Below are positions 58,419 through 64,000 of a DNA stretch of 64,000 nt, piece after piece. The stretch is taken from IMG/VR virus record IMGVR_UViG_3300027728_000006, positions 40,352 to 104,351 of that record; one strand, given 5' to 3'. The position numbers and the translations under genes are program-made. This DNA is from a virus. Every line of letters begins with the position of its first letter. The stretch's first letter is position 1. Below the pieces are notes generated by a model. It worked only from the letters and a program-made list of their open reading frames with translations, searched no databases and had not been told where the DNA came from.

Positions 58419-58796
58419 TTAAGCGCCCTCTCTCAAAATTCTTCTAGCATTCGGACTCAAAGAAGAAGCGTTACAATCTTGGTAAGCATTAGCATATTGA
58501 TCAGTTCTGCTAATTAGCATTCTTGAGCCTTGAAATCTCCTAAATTCTCTAGCCAGTCTCTCTTTCAATACTCTTTTTTCAACAGAGGGAACTAGCCCAA
58601 CCTTTTCAGCGTGTCTTTGAAGATCGGTTGTATTAAGTTCATTAATATAGCTTTCATACTCTTCCATTTTTGAAGTTTTGTATGGATTACTATTATCCTG
58701 ACCCAGAAGCGCATCCAAAGTTTGAAAACATTCAGTTTCATCAATATGCTTACCGTCAACTTGATCTAATTCTTTTATTTTTTTATTTTTATTCAT
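58419..58796 (-). CDS. Hypothetical protein
   Basis: ORF; DLQRHAEKVGL helical motif. Confidence 0.55.
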   Translation of the reverse strand: MNKNKKIKELDQVDGKHIDETECFQTLDALLGQDNSNPYKTSKMEEYESYINELNTTDLQRHAEKVGLVPSVEKRVLKERLAREFRRFQGSRMLISRTDQYANAYQDCNASSLSPNARRILREGA

Positions 58797-58838
58797 ATTA
58801 GCTATATTACTTGAATTTATTATTAATTTATAATAAAA

Positions 58839-59240
58839 TTATCTAAGACTGTCAATTTGAGCTTGAAAATATCCACTAAGCTGCAGTAAAAAACCCAAAG
58901 TAACGGCATCCCCAGTTATAGTTGGCCATTGTAAATTAATTATTTTGGTATTCCTCATATTTATTCCAGAGCATGTTATTTGCCCAGATACATCAAGTGC
59001 AGAAACGGGACTTTCATTATTTATTCCGACCCCATCTTGATTAACAAAAAGACTACTAACACCAGAACTATCTGACCCAATCTGTATCCCGCTCCCAAAA
59101 TAACCAAAACCATTTTCAACATTTAAATTGCCACTAGAAATATGCAAAGCTTCTGACGGTTGCTTTGTACCAATGCCAATAGAATCGGAAAAATATCCCG
59201 ATTTGCTTTCAAATAATTTAGATCTAAATATAGCCGACAT
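58839..59240 (-). CDS. Short fibre-like protein
   Basis: IGIGTKQP..LHI and VGINNESP..LDV repeats; KIINL..P....DAVT. Confidence 0.5.
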   Translation of the reverse strand: MSAIFRSKLFESKSGYFSDSIGIGTKQPSEALHISSGNLNVENGFGYFGSGIQIGSDSSGVSSLFVNQDGVGINNESPVSALDVSGQITCSGINMRNTKIINLQWPTITGDAVTLGFLLQLSGYFQAQIDSLR

Positions 59241-59357
59241 TTGTCCTTTTAATCACCCGCTTACCAGTTTGGCACTCTAAAAAACTGCAGTTTATCAATT
59301 ATTATACACGTTAATAATTGAAATTAAAAAAAACTAATTAAATTATAATATTTAGCG

Positions 59358-59579
59358 TCAAAATTTTCTTGGAATATGTAGCAAAATAGTACCTTCTTTG
59401 AAATTTGTATCAAATTGTAAAGGATCTCCTTCTACAACATCAAATATATCATATACTTCGTTTATATAAAACCCATAGTCATGTTTTTCTACTGTCAAGA
59501 TTTTTTGATTTAATTGCTCGTCTGTGAGCTTATTCAAGTCTTCTTTTAGTTGTTTATATGTATATTCATTCATCTTCAT
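59358..59579 (-). CDS. Hypothetical protein
   Basis: TYKQLKEDLNKLTDEQLNQ. Confidence 0.5.
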   Translation of the reverse strand: MKMNEYTYKQLKEDLNKLTDEQLNQKILTVEKHDYGFYINEVYDIFDVVEGDPLQFDTNFKEGTILLHIPRKF

Positions 59580-60477
59580 TTCTGGAAATAAAATAATCTC
59601 TTATTTCCTTTTCGAATTTTTTACCACTTTCTGACAAGCATAACACTCCGTTATTGCACTCTAAATCTTTTTCAATGTTAAATCCTCTTTCATTAAAAAT
59701 TCCCAGCCTAACAGTGTAGTTTCTTTCTTTTATTTGACCATGATAATTATGCATTATTAATCCATCTAAATAATCTACTTTTGCATCTTTGGATTTTTCG
59801 CAATAGTCTCTGTACACATTACCCAATAATCTATAATGGAAATGTCCAAAATTTTGTTTAATTGCCTGTGCTAAAAACCCATCACCACCTCCGACAATAC
59901 ACTTGTCGCATAACCCACCAATTTTATCATAAAAATTCTTGTTTATGCACCACACATGCCCAGAGTGACTAAGGGTATTAGGTTTTTTTTGCATTTTTGG
60001 GTCGATAAACCATTCACAAAAACTTGTAATAGTATTATAACCCTTTTCTCTAAAATATTCATTATTTTCGTGAGATATTTTAAAGTTATTGTCCAGATAG
60101 AGGCAATCAGTAAACGGTTGAATGATATCACAGTGTTTTAATTTTTCGATACTTTCTAATGCCCAATTTGGATTAGCAAACTGTATATCTCTATCTATCC
60201 AACAACCATATTGCCAATTTTCTAGACTAGAAAATCCTATGTTTATTAAATTTTCCTTAACCCATAATACATCGTGCAATTTTACTTTTATATGCTTAAA
60301 AACCTGATCTCCGAAATCATCTAACCGAGCATTTTCATCTATAAATCCTTCGACAATTATTAATTCAGCATTAGAATATGATTTAAAGTTTTTTAAAAAT
60401 ATATTTAAATTTCGTTCGTTACTTTTATAACCAACAAAATTAAAATAGGGAAGTATTACGTATAATTTATCATTCAT
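59566..60477 (-). CDS. GT-A fold glycosyltransferase-like protein
   Basis: LWVKENLINIG, WIDRD, IVGGGD and HNYHG..R.Y motifs. Confidence 0.6.
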   Translation of the reverse strand: MNDKLYVILPYFNFVGYKSNERNLNIFLKNFKSYSNAELIIVEGFIDENARLDDFGDQVFKHIKVKLHDVLWVKENLINIGFSSLENWQYGCWIDRDIQFANPNWALESIEKLKHCDIIQPFTDCLYLDNNFKISHENNEYFREKGYNTITSFCEWFIDPKMQKKPNTLSHSGHVWCINKNFYDKIGGLCDKCIVGGGDGFLAQAIKQNFGHFHYRLLGNVYRDYCEKSKDAKVDYLDGLIMHNYHGQIKERNYTVRLGIFNERGFNIEKDLECNNGVLCLSESGKKFEKEIRDYFISRNEDE

Positions 60478-61193
60478 GGTACTCTTGGATAGAATATGAA
60501 TTTTGGTTTATTCTTTTTACCCCGTTTTGAGGGAATATTATCTATTATTTTTTTATCTAAGATATTTATAAAGTCTTTTGCCATTTGACTAGCATTTTCT
60601 CTAGAATAATTTGTATGATATGGATGATCAATAGTATATGAATAATCTCTTATAATTTTTTTTCTTTTCAATTTGCAATAAGCTCCAAATAGAGAACATA
60701 TGCCCCATCCAAATTTGGTTTTTAGATATTCTTCCCAATTTGATTGAAATTCTTTTAAAATATCTTTACCGATAAACCAAGCCGTACAATCAGTGGCTGT
60801 TACATTTTTTAAATTATAATCTTCTTCTAATCCTTCATTGTCGATATCTACAATGCTGGAATGATATTGAGTAAAATCTACGTTCGGAGCATATATGCCA
60901 TAATTGTATTTAGTATAATAATGTCGCGCAGAGTCTACAACAGGCTTCCAATCATGATAGGTTGCATCGCCTTGAACGTGCATCATTACATCACCATCAA
61001 ACATTTTACAGGCAGTAACAAATTGTTCTGCGAAATATGCGTCTTTATCTAAATTTATCCAACTATCTTTCTTATAATCTTCATAACTATTAATCACAGT
61101 AACATTATCAAAGATTTCCAAAAGCTGCGATTCAGTTCGCAAAGTCTTCTCATATTGACCTTTCCAGTTGAATATAAATGGATGAATTTTCAT
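60474..61193 (-). CDS. Glycosyltransferase-like protein
   Basis: HVQGD, GIYAPNV, TDCT.W, GWG and H...TNY motifs. Confidence 0.5.
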   Translation of the reverse strand: MKIHPFIFNWKGQYEKTLRTESQLLEIFDNVTVINSYEDYKKDSWINLDKDAYFAEQFVTACKMFDGDVMMHVQGDATYHDWKPVVDSARHYYTKYNYGIYAPNVDFTQYHSSIVDIDNEGLEEDYNLKNVTATDCTAWFIGKDILKEFQSNWEEYLKTKFGWGICSLFGAYCKLKRKKIIRDYSYTIDHPYHTNYSRENASQMAKDFINILDKKIIDNIPSKRGKKNKPKFIFYPRVP

Positions 61194-61198
61194 AGATA

Positions 61199-61243
61199 AA
61201 AAAAATAGGAGCGCGTATGGCTTTATTATACACGCCCCTATTT
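61199..61243 (-). terminator. Rho-independent terminator
   Basis: 13-bp stem UAGGGGCGUGUAU/AUACGCGCUCCUA with 2 GU pairs, followed by U7. Confidence 0.75.
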
Positions 61244-61260
61244 ATATTTTTAAATTTTAG

Positions 61261-61359
61261 TTACTTTTTATTTTTTCCTGCACCTTTTTGAGAAGATTTA
61301 GAACCTTCTTGTTTGGGTTTCTTTTTCTCGGTTTTGTGAGCGTTATTTCCCTTGGCCAC
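61261..61359 (-). CDS. 32-aa lysine-rich small protein (below the ORF-track cutoff)
   Basis: GTG start: MAKGNNAHKTEKKKPKQEGSKSSQKGAGKNKK, then stop, then a terminator. Confidence 0.55.
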   Translation of the reverse strand: MAKGNNAHKTEKKKPKQEGSKSSQKGAGKNKK

Positions 61360-61392
61360 TTTTTGTTTCTTTCTTATATTTTCAAGCCTTAA

Positions 61393-61599
61393 TTATGGCT
61401 TTGCAAATTCTACAACAGAATTATCTTTCCAACCAGCGGCTTTACCTTCTTTGCGGAAGGCAAGAACTTGATCGTGTTGAGCTTCTGTTAAGTGAACTTG
61501 AGTAACACCTTTTGGAACTTTATCAGCAGTTTGTTCTGTTTCGAACATTCTGTTAATTCTTCCCATTGGTCCGACGAATGCGTATTGTTTTGTTTTCAT
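61393..61599 (-). CDS. Hypothetical protein
   Basis: ORF in operon. Confidence 0.55.
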   Translation of the reverse strand: MKTKQYAFVGPMGRINRMFETEQTADKVPKGVTQVHLTEAQHDQVLAFRKEGKAAGWKDNSVVEFAKP

Positions 61600-61624
61600 A
61601 TATTTTTTTGTTTGTTTGTTTATT

Positions 61625-62452
61625 TCAGAGACTATTAATCCATTTAAAAGATTGATTAATTTGTTCTGAAAAGTCTTTCCCTAAAACCTCTTGCCAATCT
61701 TTTTTTAAGGGTTCAACTTTGTTTCTTATCTCATGATCTCCATAAGGCCAACCTAATTCATGTTCCATTGTATATTGTTCCACGTTATTGAAGTCGTGCT
61801 TGAAAGGTTTTTCTTCAAGATATTTCCAAATTTCATTCATAGTATCTCTAGGATTTTCTGTAAGATCCTCAAAGTGAACAAAGTGAAGTTTGTCTTGATA
61901 TCTTTTTACTGCATCTGAAAGTCTTTCTACAGCAATTCCAAGTGGTGGAATGTTTAGCCATCCTTGTGTTCTTTTTTCAACAGTAGTCCAATTTTGTGGG
62001 GATTGTTTTTCCACTCCAGTAAAAGGAAAAGGGTGTTGCCGCCATTTCTTTTCAAACGAAGTAAGAATTCCACGCATGTCTCTTACGGGAACTAGAACCT
62101 TAGCATTGGGCCAAATAGCAAACAACATATCTAAATGTCCTACCCATGAACGGCATTTGTCTACTACTACTGGACGATCTGTCAATCTATTAAAAGCATT
62201 TTCACATCCTCCCTTGACATAATCATAGAATAATGTTTCCCCATCTTTGGGATCGGGAATGGTTTTAAATTCTTCTGTAGCTGAAAATTGCCGAGCAATA
62301 TAACCAATTTCATGAAGACCGCTTGTGGCAGTAGAATGAACTCTAGGATTTTGAGCTAGAAGATTCATCAAGAGAGTGCTTCCTGCACGGGGCAGACCTG
62401 ATACGAAGTGAATAGTTTTTGACATGCAATATATTTTATAGTTAAGAAACAA
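61625..62452 (-). CDS. PAPS-dependent sulfotransferase (start probably 62425)
   Basis: 5'-PSB motif SGLPRAGSTLL, DKCR.W, VRD....LTS and FEDL..NP. Confidence 0.85.
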   Translation of the reverse strand: MFLNYKIYCMSKTIHFVSGLPRAGSTLLMNLLAQNPRVHSTATSGLHEIGYIARQFSATEEFKTIPDPKDGETLFYDYVKGGCENAFNRLTDRPVVVDKCRSWVGHLDMLFAIWPNAKVLVPVRDMRGILTSFEKKWRQHPFPFTGVEKQSPQNWTTVEKRTQGWLNIPPLGIAVERLSDAVKRYQDKLHFVHFEDLTENPRDTMNEIWKYLEEKPFKHDFNNVEQYTMEHELGWPYGDHEIRNKVEPLKKDWQEVLGKDFSEQINQSFKWINSL

Positions 62453-62460
62453 AAAGTCAA
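62433..62460 (-). promoter_or_regulatory. sigma70-type promoter
   Basis: TTGACT-16 nt-TAAAAT, then 7 nt, then ATG at 62425. Confidence 0.5.
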
Positions 62461-62473
62461 ATAATTTTTTAAT

Positions 62474-62506
62474 TCTTACTCATAAGGATTGGACTTATGA
62501 GTAAGA
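62474..62506. repeat. 13-bp perfect inverted repeat (hairpin)
   Basis: tcttactcataag-7 nt-cttatgagtaaga; a T-rich tail only on the plus strand. Confidence 0.7.
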
Positions 62507-62515
62507 TTGTTTTTA

Positions 62516-64000
62516 TTATAGATCTTTTATAACTGTTACGTTATTGTTTCCTTGGAATTCTAATCCAGTTCCAGTTGTCCAAGAATCATCTGAGACTCTA
62601 GCATGAATGGTAAGAGGACTTGATGTGTTTTGCAATGCATTAGATCCAATAAATGCTGCTAATGTTGTATTACAATTAACAGTAGCTAGATTTGTGTTAT
62701 TATTGAATGCATAGTTTCCAATAGTAGTCACAGAATTTGGAATAGTAACTGAAGTCAGTTGGTTAGAATGGAATGCACCGTCTCCAATACTAGTTACAGA
62801 ATCTGGAATAGTAACTGAAGTCAGTTGGTTATTATTGAATGCACTGCTTCCAATACTAGTCACAGAATTTGGAATAGTAACTGAAGTGAGTTGGTTATTA
62901 TAGAATGCACCGCTTCCAATACTAGTCACAGAATCTGGAATAGTAACTGAAGTCAGTTGGTTATAACCGAATGCATAGCTTCCAATACTTGTCACAGAAT
63001 CTGGAATAGTAACTGAAGTCAGTTGGTTATTACCGAATGCATAGTTTCCAATACTAGTCACAGAATTTGGAATAGTGACTGAAGTGAGTTGGTTATAACG
63101 GAATGCATAGCTTCCAATACTAGTCACAGAATTTGGAATAGTAACTGAAGTCAGTTGGTTACTATAGAATGCATAGCTTCCAATACTAGTCACAGAATTT
63201 GGAATAGTGACTGAAGTAAGTTGGTTAGAACGGAATGTACTGCTTCCAATACTTGTAGCAGAGGAGCCAATGTCTACATAACCTGCAATGTTTTGTTGGG
63301 ATTTCCAATCATCTGGAACATTTCCGTTTACTGTGAATAGAATGTTTCCTTCGCTGTCGTAGATTGTGGTATCTAAAGGAGAGACAAAGCCTCCCCCGCC
63401 GCCGCCATCGAGTTCTAAACCATTTCCACTGTTGTAGAGCGCAGCGACTTCTGCATCAGAGAGTGCTCTGTTCCAAATGCCAACTGCGTCCATTGAACCA
63501 GTAAACGGACCATATGTTCCATCTGCATTTTGTCCTAATGAAACTGAACTTCCGCCCGGAATAGGAGTATTATCTATAGTATCAGAAACACAGTCTACAG
63601 ACCCATTTATATAAATCTTTAATTGACCGTTATTTCTTACACCAACAAGATGATACCAAGTGTCAGTAGCTAGTTCTGTTTGGCTGGTTAAACCGTAACC
63701 CAAACTGTCTCCACCAAAATTGGCGTATGCTATTGGGAATTTATCTTGTAAATCCAATGTAATTCCGCCATTTTGCCAAGCATTACCTGTCAATCCGTTA
63801 ATTAAAGACTGAGGACCACTTGAATTAGTATCTAATTTGACCCAACATGCTAATGTATAGTTAGTAATTCCAGTTTGATCGACAGGAGAACTCATCCAAT
63901 TACTTCCATCAAACACAGCCGCATTTCCAATTTTACCAGAAGCAAAGGAGACGTTGCCGTTGTTGGTGAGTGTTCTGTTGTTTCCTGATGAGTCGGAAGT
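62516..64000 (-). CDS. LamG (concanavalin-like) + BspA-type LRR protein, 5'-truncated by the window edge
   Basis: Frame open to 64000 (TSDSSGNN...VFDG); LamG motifs WYHLVG, IYING and WNRALS; G6 linker; LRR units. Confidence 0.85.
   Translation of the reverse strand, partial: TSDSSGNNRTLTNNGNVSFASGKIGNAAVFDGSNWMSSPVDQTGITNYTLACWVKLDTNSSGPQSLINGLTGNAWQNGGITLDLQDKFPIAYANFGGDSLGYGLTSQTELATDTWYHLVGVRNNGQLKIYINGSVDCVSDTIDNTPIPGGSSVSLGQNADGTYGPFTGSMDAVGIWNRALSDAEVAALYNSGNGLELDGGGGGGFVSPLDTTIYDSEGNILFTVNGNVPDDWKSQQNIAGYVDIGSSATSIGSSTFRSNQLTSVTIPNSVTSIGSYAFYSNQLTSVTIPNSVTSIGSYAFRYNQLTSVTIPNSVTSIGNYAFGNNQLTSVTIPDSVTSIGSYAFGYNQLTSVTIPDSVTSIGSGAFYNNQLTSVTIPNSVTSIGSSAFNNNQLTSVTIPDSVTSIGDGAFHSNQLTSVTIPNSVTTIGNYAFNNNTNLATVNCNTTLAAFIGSNALQNTSSPLTIHARVSDDSWTTGTGLEFQGNNNVTVIKDL
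62698..63255 (-). repeat. 66-bp tandem repeat encoding 22-aa BspA LRRs (8 full units plus partials)
   Basis: NQLTSVTIP(N/D)SVTSIGxxAFxx repeated 8 times, near-identical at DNA level. Confidence 0.95.

Noticed and set aside
366-62222. Many short opposite-strand or nested ORFs in the track (e.g. 6783-7208, 28621-28989, 45828-46205)
   Set aside because: They are shadows of well-supported genes, with no motifs or independent signals
62698-63255. CRISPR-like array
   Set aside because: The 66-bp units are in-frame LRR coding repeats with no unique spacers
1-64000. tRNA/rRNA genes, integrase, transposase or alternative genetic code
   Set aside because: None recognised; intergenic gaps are short, and long ORFs are intact under the standard code

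Overview
This 64-kb window is AT-rich, gene-dense DNA from a large tailed dsDNA bacteriophage. It looks siphovirus-like: it has a tail tube and a TP901-type tape measure, and I recognised no sheath. Positions 1-19.1 kb (minus strand) hold a replication and metabolism module: split DNA polymerase III pieces (PHP domain, DnaQ, probable DnaE start), RecB/Cas4-like nuclease, primase, DnaB, RecA, a nucleotide-sugar/methyltransferase/glycosyltransferase cluster, NrdAB, an SSB-like protein, a sigma factor and a dNMP kinase. Positions 19.4-28.4 kb are a plus-strand island with small basic proteins, a 2281-aa IPT/TIG protein and a putative capsid-decoration-like protein. Positions 28.5-59.2 kb (minus strand) are the neck/tail module, and 59.3-64 kb carries glycosyltransferase-like genes, a sulfotransferase and a truncated LamG + BspA-LRR protein. 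The standout is the 3524-aa tape-measure protein. Its middle ~1600 aa is divided by nine copies of a 9-aa motif, (A/S)(S/G)G(F/Y)(I/V)PNF(A/S/L), into cassettes. Six cassettes carry recognisable enzymes: two PD-(D/E)XK nucleases, a P-loop kinase + HxGH nucleotidyltransferase, a GNAT acetyltransferase, an HExxH metallopeptidase and a HAD phosphatase. This suggests an injected, possibly proteolytically processed, effector polyprotein. Other signals: LRR repeats whose variable codons look like AAY-derived adenine mutagenesis, a recurrent GTGTA(T)AAT promoter-like motif, and sigma70 promoters implying leaderless mRNAs. All protein calls come from motifs read by eye; no database searches were run.
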